Of a DNA stretch of 64,000 nucleotides, positions 34,985-47,300 are shown piece after piece. Location of the stretch: assembly GCA_004431415.1 (NCBI GenBank), contig QPMI01000109.1, positions 1 to 64,000 on the forward strand, written 5' to 3'. The stretch comes from Cyanophora paradoxa CCMP329. Lineage: Eukaryota > Plantae > Glaucophyta. The translations under genes were made by a program, and so were the position numbers. The number at the start of each line of letters is the position of its first letter. Within the stretch, counting starts at the first letter, position 1. The notes under the pieces were generated by a model, which saw only the letters and a program-made list of their open reading frames with translations, did not search any database and was not told the origin of the DNA.

Positions 34985-36051
34985 CCTGCTAGATCAGCTG
35001 CAGAGAGGCGCGAGCTACAGATCCAGCTTCGAAGGCGCGAGCTGCCGGCTTGCGCCCCAGCTATAGCTAGCTATGTATACACTGTCGTACTGCTGCGCCC
35101 GGCTGGTCTCGCAATCGGCTTAGCGCTGATTATGCCGATCACGATAGCTATAGGCTGAAGAGCCGCAGCCTGGCAGCCTGAGCCCTGATCATGATCATGG
35201 CAATCTCCTGGGGCCATGCATATGCATATGGATCACCCGCGGCCGGTTGGAGACCGGGGATCGAACGCGTACGTACACGTAGCGGACCGTCTGACGTCGA
35301 CGCTGAGCAGGTGCGGTTTAAAGAGCGGCCGCGGGCGTCGACCGTCGGACGTCAACGTTATTGATGCCCCCTTGACATTGCAATTGCCTCCGGCCCAGCG
35401 CCGTTCCGGCAATTCCGAGTTCGGCCGCAGCCGCCCTAGGCCTAGGCCTCCAACTGCAGACAACGTTGATCTCAGACCTCCAACTGCAGACAACGGGAAT
35501 ACTGATGCTATATATAGCTATAGCTAGCTTAAGGTTAGTAAGATGCTACCGCGTGCCGGTCCTTTCAAGTTTGCAGGGACCTACTAGCCTAGTAGCGGCT
35601 AAGTAGCCTAGTAGGCTAGGGCGCGCTAGCGCTGTAGGCTGTAGCTACTACTACTATATTAGCTAGTCGCTGGCATATGCTGCGAATCCTGCGTTGATGC
35701 TGTGTGCATAATGCATGTACAAGCTCGCCAAAGATATATATATCGATGCGCCGGCGAGGCTTCTTAGGGAATCTTAGCCGCTCAGCGGCTGTCACGCCGG
35801 CTGATCATGAGCAGCGCGCCGGCTTCCGAAGTTCTGCTACGTACTGGCCCAGTACTAGTACCGTACTAGTGGTAGCGCTGTTAGCCTAGTACTACGGTAG
35901 CCTGCTAGCCTAGTACTAGCCTAGTAGGCTAGTAGTGGTGGTACCGTACTACGGTAGTACTGTGGTACAGTGCCGCAGTGCCACTGGTACTACTACCGTA
36001 CTAGCTATAGCTAGTCTAGCGGCTCTAGCCATATATATAGCTATATAGCTA

Positions 36052-36316
36052 CCGTAAAACACAATATTAATTCGCACGATATTAGTTCGTTTCTCGACCC
36101 GGACCCCAACCATAGTAATTAGTTCGGTCTCAAATTAGTGCGTTTATTCGTTTCCAGTGTATGGGGCGGGGGGTACACGCTGTACCCCAACAGCATTTTC
36201 TTAGCGTCCTGTTTTTAGTGCGGTCTCAAATTAGTGCGTTTTCACGGCAAAAAACGCACTAATTTGGTGCCGAACTAATTTTATGCGCGAACTAATATTC
36301 TGTACATGTCTTACGG
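36052..36316. mobile_element. MITE, Tc1/mariner (Tc2/pogo-like) type
   Basis: TA|CCGTAA...TTACGG|TA ends, imperfect TIRs sharing AATATTARTTCGC, internal repeated AATTAGTKCG motifs. Confidence 0.7.
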
Positions 36317-36488
36317 TAGTACTAGCCGCTCGAGCCGCTTTTCGGGCTGGCTAGGCTTGGCTCGAGCCGGCCTGGGACCCCGCTAGCCGCAAGCCTAGTG
36401 CAGAGTCAGGTAGACCGTAGACCGTATACGTATACGGCCCCGGCGGTATACCGAATATACTATGATACCGGTACCGTAGTACGTACTA

Positions 36489-36670
36489 CCGTGTAACAGG
36501 AAAATACCAGATCGGAAATTAGTGGATCGTAAAACTTCGCCCTCCCACAATGGGGTGGCTTAGCGTGCCCGTATTATGAAGTCCCCAAATTATGTCGTTT
36601 TGTCGAGTTTTAGGCGACATAATTTCGGGACGACATAATAAAGTACAGACGTTAATATTCTGCATTACGG
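36489..36670. mobile_element. Second related MITE or remnant
   Basis: TA|CCGT...TTACGG|TA; right end TAATATTCTG is shared with 36052-36316. TIRs are imperfect. Confidence 0.5.
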
Positions 36671-36825
36671 TATATATATATACAGACTAGCTCTCCACAT
36701 TCTATTCAGCATTCATGATCAGTGGCATCATGCACTGCCATCACTGCCATGGCCATGGTTGGTCCGCTGGTCGCTCAAAAATTAAGAGCTCATGCATGAT
36801 CAAACGTTAAATTTTAAGGTTAATT

Positions 36826-37132
36826 GACGGATATCCCGGCCCATTATTCCCGGCCCCGAATCCCGGGGCCCGCAGTCCGATCGATCGATCCGATCCAATA
36901 TATATTAATCCGGGATCCCGAGACTCCGGGATCCGCGGGCCGGCGCCGCGCCGCGCGCGGCCGCGGCGCGCGGCGACTCGAGCTCCGGCCGCGCGGCCGC
37001 GGCCGGATCCGATCATCGATATCGGATATATATCCCGGATAATATCCGGATCCGATATCGATCCGCGGTATCCGGATGGTCCGGAAATTGACCGGAATCC
37101 GGATCCGGATTCCGGATCGGACGTACTCGATC
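36826..37132. repeat. Tract composed of short palindromes (GATC, CCGG, ATAT, CGCG, TCGA)
   Basis: For example GATCGATCGATCCGATCC and CCGGATCCGATATCGATCCGCGG. Confidence 0.75.
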
Positions 37133-37289
37133 ACTGTGCATTGGAGTCACCGGACCACTCAGGAGCAGTGACGCCGAGTGACTCGCCTGTTCTGGTCCCC
37201 GTCACGGCGTCTGGACCGTCGCCGATCGCGATTCGAGAATCGAGATGGCCTTGCCGCACTGCGGCAGTGCCGCCGAATTCGAAGTTGGG

Positions 37290-37774
37290 CACTGGCCAGC
37301 CAGGTCTCCCTCTGGCCAGCGGGCCAGCCCAACTTGCTGCCCAAGCCGACGAAGCCTTGCCAGCGGCCCGGGGCTGGCCGCCAGCTTCCAGCGAAAACTT
37401 GGCCGGCCAGCTGGTAACCAGCCTCCAGCTAGGAGCCGAAGACTCGGCTAGGCCAGCTGGCCAGCCGACCAGCCGCAGAGCCCACGTTCTTAAATGAAAT
37501 CGGTGTCTTGGAAACGCTTTTGTAACTGTTTTATTGTGCACATGTACCGGTACAGTTAAGAATATTAGCTGTTGATCTTATCAAGCCACCCCCTCAAGCC
37601 CCACTCCTAGCCCGGAGCCGACCCCCCAGCCAGTGTCGCCGACCGGTTGGTCGCCCGTTAAAGCAGAAAAAGGCTGGCCCGGCTGGTCAACAAATCATCG
37701 GGCGGCTGGGCCAGCCTAAATTTAAAAAGTCCAAAACCAGCCAGCCAGCTGTTCGGCCGGGCCGCTGGCCAGTG
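37290..37774. mobile_element. Possible CACTA-type non-autonomous element
   Basis: 11-bp inverted ends CACTGGCCAGC and many internal GGCCAGC/GCTGGCC motifs; no TSD found. Confidence 0.3.
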
Positions 37775-38388
37775 AAACGGTAATAGTTACGTTATATATA
37801 ACGTATACGTACGGTTCCGAAGTTTAGCAGTACCGTAGTACGGTACAGTCGGTAGGACTCCGGGACTCGGTACGTATACTACGTTACCGTGGTACCGTCA
37901 CGGTAGTACTAATTATAAGGTACGTCGCCGGGTCGGCCGGAGACCGTCGGACGTCGACCCGGAAGGGCCGGCGCCGCGCCGGGACCGTCGGACGCGGAGT
38001 CCCCGACGGACTCGGATCGGACCGTCTCCGATCGGATCGTCGGACGTTGACACTGACATTCCGCGACGGTCAACCTGAGCTCCAGATCTACTAGGCTAGA
38101 GCGGAGCTCGGTCATCGGTCCAAATCCGTCACGGCTTAGCAGCGCTTAACTTAGCGGGTGCTTAAAGCTTCGCGACGTTCGCGTACGAACGTTGCGTATA
38201 CGTACTTGGAGTACATTTGGTCCCTCAAGGCCTTGGCTCTAGTTTTGGTAGTACGGCTTTCGAGGATCCGGCGGGCCCGGGGGAAGCAGAACTTCGGTGG
38301 CACTGACCGGAGCCGCTCAGCCGGGACCGGACGCTAGCTACAGCGCCGCGGCGCGGAACCACATCGGGCGGCAGATCGGATCCGGAGG

Positions 38389-41300
38389 ATGACGGCGGGG
38401 CACGCCTATTCTGTGGACCGAGGCGGCGGCGGCGGCGGACGCGCGCACAGCGTAGTCGAGTCCATCTCGCACATCAGCGGCGGGACGACTCCCAGGCGCA
38501 CGGCCGGCTCAGGAGGGAGCGGCGGTTTCAGCAGGCAGAGCATCGAGGAGGGTGCTTTCCGCGCCGGCCCCCCCCCCCCCTCCTCGAACCCGCGTGTTTG
38601 CGCATGCTCACGATTCGCATGCGCATGCCCACAACCGAACGGCCCTTTTCTGCAGGCTTCTTCGGTGCGATTTTTCATTCTCTGCTCCCGTAACCTCTTT
38701 GGGGCAATTGCAACTCGCTCCCGCTAGCGCTCATGATCAACCCCCCCAAATCCCCTCCAGCCCCGGCTTGTCATCTCCATCTCCGCCCGCGGCCCGCGCA
38801 GCCCCCGCCACCAGATCTAGACATGCCCCCCCCCCCCCCCCCCCCCGCCCCCTCCCGCTCCCTCTTAAGGTCTGCAAGCTACAGCTCAAGCGTATAGCTA
38901 TCCAGTTTCCTCTCCAGTTTCCTCTCGAGATCGACGAGCTGATCTCTCGTGCCTGCTGTGTACGATTCGGTGGTACTTGCAGCTGTCCTCTTCGGTGCGC
39001 GCACTAATGCGATCTTGTCTCCTGAGACCTGACGTGAACCTCGCCCTTCAGTTTTGCACAGCCGAGGAAAAGGCAAGAGCAGGAGCAGTCGCAATCTACT
39101 TTCCATAATACTCGTTCTCATCGGTCCGCCATCTTATCGTGGCTTATTTCCCCCCTTGGTCTTGCAGTTGATCACAAAGCCCTGATCGATGAGGCTTCCG
39201 CCAGATTGGCTACAATTGATGGCGTATGTTGCGGATACGCGGCGTTTCAACTGGCAGCAGTTTGATTGGCTCGAACAGGCATTCAAGGTCATGAATGTGG
39301 TCAAACTGATGAACCCGAATATTGCTAATCGCGGCTCCGGATCCTTTCGCCGACAGGCTGTGCTCTCGCCCGTTCCTCGACAGTTCCTACCCGGCTCCGT
39401 GTTAGCCTCGGCCGCGGCCGGCCGTTCGCTCCCGGCCCTTTGCGACTGCTGACCGAGCGCTTCGAGCAGCTACCCCGCGTACCTCGGATGGTTCGGATTT
39501 GTGTTCGGCCTGACAGGTACGCCCGGCGGGCAGAGAGCGGGACCTGCCTCCGTCTTAGCCGACTGAGCCACGCCGCAGTCGCGCCTGTCCTCGCCGGAGC
39601 ATACGTGTTTCAGTCCTACAGAACGAACCAGGTGCGCATGCATACATGCAAAAGTGGACTCTTCTTAAGAACACCACGTACACGGCACATTTCCATCCGC
39701 CGCTGATTATGAGCGTGTTCCTCTCTTTCCCTCTCCGGCTAGTTTTCTCGCGCGTGGTGCGTAACCCCCCCCCCCCCCCCCCCGGAAATAGATTTGGCGG
39801 CATAGTGGTCGCCCGTGCAGCCAACGCGAGAGGTGTGCAGGCCTGTCCGGCTGCTGAGGTTGACGTGTGCTTTCATTTTTGGCACCTGCTTCATTTCGAC
39901 GCTGGGGATCTTCTGGACGTCGCTCGACTGCTCCTACATCGAGCAGGGCTCCCTCGGCAGGCGCCTCCGACTCTCCCTGTATCCGGAGGTGCGTGTCTTC
40001 TGCCAGCCAAGATCAGTCGACGTCTCCGGATCCTGCGGCGCTCACGCTCCAGAACGGAACAGGTGCAGTGCTGGGGCGTCCCGAACGCGGTGAGGCCGGT
40101 TGCCGGCTCGAAGAAGCGCGCCCTCCTTTTCTCTCTCAAGGGCGGGGCGGGGAGTGCAGATCGTGCAGGTCCTCTCGATTGCGTCCACGCTACTCGTCCT
40201 CCTCCTGGGCCTGGCGGTGCGTCCCCTGGCCCGGCCCCGGCTTCACGCCCCGCACTCTAGATCTGATCGCGCACTTCAAAACTGGCCCTTTTCGACCCAT
40301 CGCCAGAACGCGCTGCTCGAGGGGGACAGCAACCCGCTGTCGCCACACTGTCTCTCGGCAGCGACGCCGTACCACGCCGTGCACGGCCTTGCGGCCCGCG
40401 CGCTCCTGGTCGCCGTCTCCGTCGCTGTCACCTGGATCAACGGAAGCGGGGCCCTCGTCGCCATCGCCACCGTCCTCTGCAGGCGCGCTGCCGCACTGAA
40501 AATTGCGCTTCGTGTTCTTTTGCTAATCAGAATGCAGCCTGTTTCTTCTCGCATCTGTCGTGTTCTACCTGGTTCGTTACTCAAACCCTGCTGCGAGTTT
40601 TTGAGCGTGCCGTTGCGCAAACTCTTCTCCTTCATGCCATGCATATGAGCTTGGGGTTGGGGCGACAGCCGTACTACCACAACTGGGCGAATCAATTCGT
40701 GCGTTCATCTATTGCAGTGCGGCGCGAAAGCAGCAGCGTCGTGGCTCCCTGACTGCCTGCAGCGCGCCGCGGTGTACGGGAGCGTCCTCTGGTGCTCGCT
40801 GTGCGCCCTAGCGCTCTCGTGGACCCCCCAGAAGGAGTGGGCCCAGGCGAGCGCAAAGCGGATTGCCGCCTGCGTGGCGCGCTCTCAGCTTTCGTTCGCT
40901 CAGTTTCGTCGGCGCAGGCGCGCTCCATCACGGTCGCCTTCGTCGTCGGGTTCTTCGTCGTCGCGTACCTCAGCGGCCTGGCCGCCTACGCCCGGTTCCG
41001 CCTGCTGTGCGACCCCGACAGGCTCGTCCTCTTCAACCCGGAGTCCGGCTGGGTCTGGCGCGGCACGCTCCGGCACCCCCACGAGGCCGAGATCGCCACC
41101 CGGTTCGCCGGCCTTTCATTCGAGTCGGCGCGCCAAAGCGGCGTCGAGCCTCCGACCGAGTGCAAACGGCAGGTTCGTGCGGGGGTCGGCAGCGCGGGTC
41201 GAGATGGAGGAGGTGCTGGGCGGGAGCCCCGAGCAGGCGGCGAACGCCCTGGAAGAGGCCCTCGAGCGCGCTGACGCCATTTACCGGGCACGCCTTTTCG

Positions 41301-44300
41301 AACGCTTCCGTTTCGCTGCTCGTTCATGACATCGGCCACGCACGTCGGCGCTCACGTTCGGTCTTTATTTTGCAGGCCGGTCTGCGGCGTTTCCCGAAGA
41401 GCGCAATCGTTCCACTGCAGTGTACGCCATTTCAATCTGAGTGATCATGACCTGTAGAAAAGCAGGTGGTGCTTCGGGTGTTCGAGCCTTCGCGCGGCAG
41501 ATGCTGGCTTCGCGCGGGCGTTCTACAAGGACCCCGCCATGGAGACGACGTACATCGACCGCGCCCGCGCGATGGAGCTCGACTTCCCGGGACGCTCCTT
41601 TATCTTCAGGTGCGCTTCGCTTCCGAAATTTTTTAAAAACGCACTCTCGCGCTTCTTCGGATTCTATGAAATGCATTTTCACGCCTTGCCGTCCACGTGC
41701 ACATGCGCAGGAAGCTGAAGGACCGGGAGAGCGAGACGAACGGCGCCGCAGGGGCCACCATGGACATCGTCAGCTTCGTCGAGGTTCGCGCCCACCTCCG
41801 CCCCAGCGTCGCCTCTGCGCGCCTGCGCGCCTGACGCGCTCGCCATCGCCGCCGCGCAGTTCCAGGAGAAGTTCCGGCTGGCGCGGGAGGGCCACCGGCG
41901 GGCGCTCAAGGCGACGCGCATCTTCTGGACGAGCCTGCTGGAGCGGGACGACGCGGAGGCCCTCTCCAAGGCCAGCGAGGTCTGCCGCTCCATCGACTCC
42001 TTCGAGCAGCAGGGTGCGCTCCGTTCCTGTTTATTGATACTGATCATGAGCTGCAATGGATGCTGACTGCGCGAACTGTATGCAACTCTGGCAGCCGATC
42101 GAAACTACCAAGTCTTGATCGAGAAGTGCGTACTCGAACGCGGTCTAAAGACGCGCGCTGACGGCGGCCGCGGCGGCGGCGGGGCAGGTACCCACGGAGC
42201 ATCCGGCTGCTGCGGGCGTACGGGTCGTTTGTGGAGAGCGTCAAGAACGACCCGGCGGCGGCCGAGTCGTACTACCGCCGCGCCGACGCCGAGGAGGAGG
42301 AGCAGAGCCGCAAGCACGCGTGCGTTGTCCGCATTGACTTGTGCCGTGCAGTGCCATCGATATCTGTCTTTTAGCGGCCGCGGCGGTCCGGCTCACATGG
42401 TCTCGAGCACCGCGCGCAGTGGGGAGGACGGGCAGGTCAACGATGGCGAGGGCTCCATCGACAACACCGTGGACGCCGTCATTGTCATCAGCGCCCTCGG
42501 CGTCATCACGAGCGCGAACGCCGTCGCGTGCCGCATCTTCGGCTACAAGAAGGCGGACCTGATCGGGAAGCGAGTGCGCCGTTAACGTCTGTTCGACGAC
42601 CAGTCTTGTGTACAGGCTGGACTGACGGGCGGGCGCTCTGCGGATCAGGTCGAGTGCTTGATGCCGAGTCCCTTCAGGGACCAGCACCAGAGCTACATCC
42701 AGAACTACCAGCAGAGCTCGGTCAGCCGCATGATCAACATGCCCCGCGAGCTCCCCGCGCAGCACCGCAACGGCGTCATCTTCCCCATTCGTCTGTGCGC
42801 CAGGCGTTTCCGACGACGTCGCTGCCATCGTCGAATCTTAACGCCATACTCTTCGCCTCGATTCCTGCTTCTTACAAAGATGTGTTGCAGCTTCGTGTCT
42901 CGCGTCGACGTGGCGGGACGGCTTACTTTCGTCGGGAGCATCCGGCCGCTAGACAACTCCGTGCGCCTCGCGCGAGTTTTCTCTACCGAAACCAGTTCGC
43001 ATCGACTGCAGCTAACGGCAGGGGTAGGCTCCGATGATCCTCTCGACGGCGGCGGGACGCGTTCTGGGCTGCAACGAGCGCGCGAAGCAGACCTTTGGGA
43101 GGACGGCCGAGGAGATGGCGGCCTGCGACATCAAAGCCCGCCCATCTGCTTTACTTTCCTTTCGTTCCAAAGGCGTTGCCCGTTTAACAGCTGGCGATTT
43201 TCATGCAGGAGCTTGTGAACTCGAGACACTGGCCGCGGATCGGTGACATGCTCAGTGGCGAAATTAGCCAAAGTGCTCTTGGTCTTTTCACTTATCAACG
43301 CGGCCGGCATCAGGATCACCGCGATTGTTCGCAGCGCGCGAGCCCCGCACGGCCACGCTCCAAGTTCCTCCGGTGCTGGTCCCAAACACGACGGCGAGGA
43401 GGCAAAGCACGGAGCGCATCGCGCGGCAGGCGCCAGCGGCGTTGCACAGAAGCGGCGGATCGATGGGCGCCGCCCCGAAGGACGAGGTTCGTTTGCCGCC
43501 GCTGCGGTTGGCGTGTCCGCGTATGTTGAATCCAACTCGCACTCGATACCGATACCGATGGCTGCGCGCGCGAGCAGATGACCGCTCCGCTCGACGCGGT
43601 GATGAAGGACGGGTGCACGCTGGGGACGCAGGCGAGGGTCCTCCGAATGAGCGTGGGAAGCTCCAACGAGACAGTGGTGCGCTCGCGCTCGCGCTCGCCG
43701 CAGCCGATCGCGACTCGCGCTCGTTCCCGTCGTGAAGTATCGCTCTCCCCCGCGCAGGCGGCAGCAGTCTACCTGAAGCCCGTGAACGAGACGCGGGCCG
43801 TCGTAATCGCAGATGCTCAGAGCATCATCAGGAGCGTCAATCGTCAAGTGTGTGAGCTTTGGGGGTACGTTTCTGCGGCGTTCGGCTTTTAGCTTCTGCC
43901 GAGGCCTTCCTGATTTATTTCTATCGCAGATACGAAGCAAACGAGATCTTAGGCAATCGAATCGAGATGCTGAGTGCGTTCACGCTTGCAATTGTATGTG
44001 ATGTAAATCTTAGATGCTAACACGAAGACTCCAGTGCCGCCGCCGTTCGCCCAAATACACTCTCATTTCATGGAGGTGCGATCTTTCACTTCGTCAACGT
44101 TAACCGCTGTAACACGCTTTCGTCGAACTCATGTTCATCGCGTTTGCAGAAGTACATGTCCAAGGCAAAGAGCCGGGTTCTAGATCTGAAGCGCATCGTG
44201 GAAGCTAGGCACAAACAAGGTGCTGTCCATGGCCCGGATCTCTTTTCAACTCCAGCTTCCAAGTTTAACTCGAGCTCCGCTGGGCGGAGCAGGCCACTGC

Positions 44301-47300
44301 TTCTGCGTCCAGCTTGTGGTCGAGCGAGCCGACGTGAACGGTTAGTCGCATGGCGCGATTCCGGCATCTTGCGCCCAGATTCGAATTCGCGCTATGCGAC
44401 TAACGAGGCGCCAGGCGAAATGATGTTCTGCGCCCGCTTCACGGTGACCGAGTGCGCCTCTCTTTTGGAGCCGCGCCCGCACACGCGCAGCACACCACTC
44501 AACCCTGCCAGCAGAACGGAGCCCGATCGCCAGGATGTGACCATTACGATCGACCACAACGGTTTCGTCCAAAGCGTGAGGGGCCCGGTCAGCGACAAGC
44601 TGGGCTACCACCCGCTTGAGGTCTGCAGAGGATGCAGCGAGTCGCAAGCCGCAATTCGGGCTAACGTCGACGGCCGCGCAGCTGGTGGGCCGCTCCGTGA
44701 ACGCGATTATACCGCCCGAGGTTGCCGAGCACCACGATGAGTACCTGAAGCGCTACATCGCCGACCCGTCCAAGAACCGCTTTGTTGGCGTCGGGCCCCG
44801 CAGCCTCCAGGCCGTCCATCGCGACGGGTGCGAAAGCTAAATCAGCCCGTGGAGTACTCGCGATTTCCCTGATGCGGAGCATCGCAGGACTCTGCTGCCC
44901 ATAAGCATTTCCGTGTCACTCGGTGCGAACAAACCGCTCGAGGAGCACGGTGCGCCATGCATTTCGCTTCGGATCCGTGCGCACGTGGCCGCTGGCTAAG
45001 CGTCCGCGTCGAGGCAGGTCTAGGCATTACGCTCTTCGTCGGGCGTATCACGTTCTTGAACACGGGCGTGGAGAGGTCGCCCCCGGGCTCGGGTTTGCCG
45101 ATGCAGCAGAAAGGGTCTGCCCCGGGCCTTGAAGGCAGGCCGCTGCTGGAGCGCAAGGTGTCCGGAAGCGAGAGGGAGATGCCCAGGAGGCCGCGCATGA
45201 GCAGCGTGAGCTCGGCGGAAGAGAAGACTCTCGCTCGGAGCGCGTCGCTCGCCCGCAAGCTGGAGGCCTCGGCCGCGCAGCCGAAGGCAGCAGGAAAAAG
45301 GGAGAATCCGAACGCCAAGCTGAAGGCTACCGTTGAGCAGGTGCCCCGCCGGCCCCGTCGTTTTCTCGGACTATGAAGTTATCGAGTCGACACCATCAAC
45401 AACGCAATAACACCAGCGACAAAAAGCAACACCAATATTAACGCTGCTGCACCTTCCGCGATCTCGAGCCGAAATTACTGAGACTGCCGCCTCTTCTGCA
45501 GGTCATAACGGCCAAGATCAAGACGATGGCGCTGCACACCGAAGGCGGCGAGAGGTAATTGCGCCGACGAGCAGCACCGCGCGCTGTTCAATCGAATTCG
45601 AACGGCGTCTGACCCGAGTCTGTCGGGGCGGCAGCGACGGGTCGATGGAGGAGCCAATCCATCTGCCCGCTTTAGAGCCCGCCAAGTCAGCCCGCTCTTT
45701 CTCCGCCTTCTGAAGCCGCGAGAGCGCGCTCACGAGCGCGCGTGCACGCGGCCACGGGCGCAGGGACGCGGACTCGAACTCGAAGCTGGGGCGCGCGGAG
45801 GGCGAGGCGGAGGTGGACGGGAGCCCCGGCGCCAGCGTCCGCGCCGAGAACGCGAGCGAGGGGTCGGCGGATGAGCGCAACCGTAACCCGCCGCAGCTGC
45901 AGGTGAGCACAACAGCGAAAGAGCTTCCAGCACTTCACGCAAAGCACATCTCTTTTGGGGCTCATTGGCGTCGCAATGCCAACCGCACCTGCGGCGCCGG
46001 CCGCTTGCATTGCTTCTTCAGTCGCTGACGCTTCTCCGCAGGCGCGGGTCGCGGTAATGCCAGCGGCGGGGGGCATTCCAAAGCGCCGAGTGCGCGCGGA
46101 CCAAGCGAGGTGCGCAGATTCTTCTCGCCCGGCCTGCGTTACGCCCACAGCCGACGCCGCGTGACGGCTTCGCGCAGCATGTCCTCCGCGGGGTCCCTGC
46201 AGCGGCGCCTCAAGAAGCGCCGGCGCGCCCTCGTCGCTCTTGCCAAGAAGCCCAACGCCACCGTCAACCGCCTCGTGCGCCCTCGCTGCAGAGAGCGTTT
46301 CGTGCTCCTGCGGCGTTTCCTTGCAGTCTCTGACCCGTTTCGCTTCCTCGCACGGCCGCGGGCAGTGGCGCAACCTCCTCTTCTCGGCTGCCGTGCTGCT
46401 CGCGATCACGGTCCGCGCAGCACGCGGGCGCACGCGAAGCAGAGGTCTCCCGCTGCTGACATGTACGTGTACGCCGCCGCAGGTCTCCTCGTTTATCGCG
46501 GCAGAGTCGATGTCCGTCAACTACGCGTCCCTCCTCAAGCACCTTTCGTGCGCTTTGGCCCGCGGAGTGCCGGCTCGCTGAAGGCGCTGACGTTGCCTCC
46601 TCGCGGCTGTTCGAAGGGCGGCGAGCACGCGCACGGTCCTGAGCCAGCTCATCGTGCGCGCGGCTTGCAACTGCGAGGGACGGCCCTCCCAGCGCCGACC
46701 CCCCCTGGCAGGCGGTGGAGGCGAGAACGCTGGCGACGGGCATCGACGCGCTCGCCGGGCGCGGGTTCGAGTGGTTCCCGAGCGTGGTGGAGTCGGGGGA
46801 GCGGCTGCGCGAGTACGCGCGCGACTTCGCGAAGGACGTCAAGGTGCTCGGAGCCGCGCCGGCGCCCGGCCGCAGCTCCGCGCCGACGCTCGCGCACGCG
46901 CGCGCGCCGCGCAGGACCTCACGTTCGGGATGGAGGGCTTCCAGGCGCCCACCGACCCCGACAACCTCAACCTCGTCTTCGGGAAGACGGCCCTGGAGCT
47001 CGACGACCTGCGCAACGGGGAGGAGGTCAAGTACACCGACGGCTTCTGGGCCGCCTCCCAGAAGTGCGTTCTTCAACGCCGTCGCTCTCGCTGTCCAATT
47101 TGCAGTTGATTTCCTCCTCACTTTTCTTGCGCCCAGATACTACCAGCACGCCCTCATCCTGGCCTCGCTGTCGAACATCACTCACGAGGCCCCGCCGGGG
47201 CTCTTCGCTGGTGTGCCCGAACACGAGACGTTCCTCGACACCGCCGAAGGCTCCGCAGTCGCCGGCATGACCTCCCAGGTGGCCCCTCTCCCGTCGGCCG

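Noticed and set aside
36757-36793. GGTTGGTCCGCTGGTC...TTAAGAGCTC motif, also near 57632-57672
   Set aside because: Probably the end of a dispersed repeat, but no partner end or TSD could be defined.
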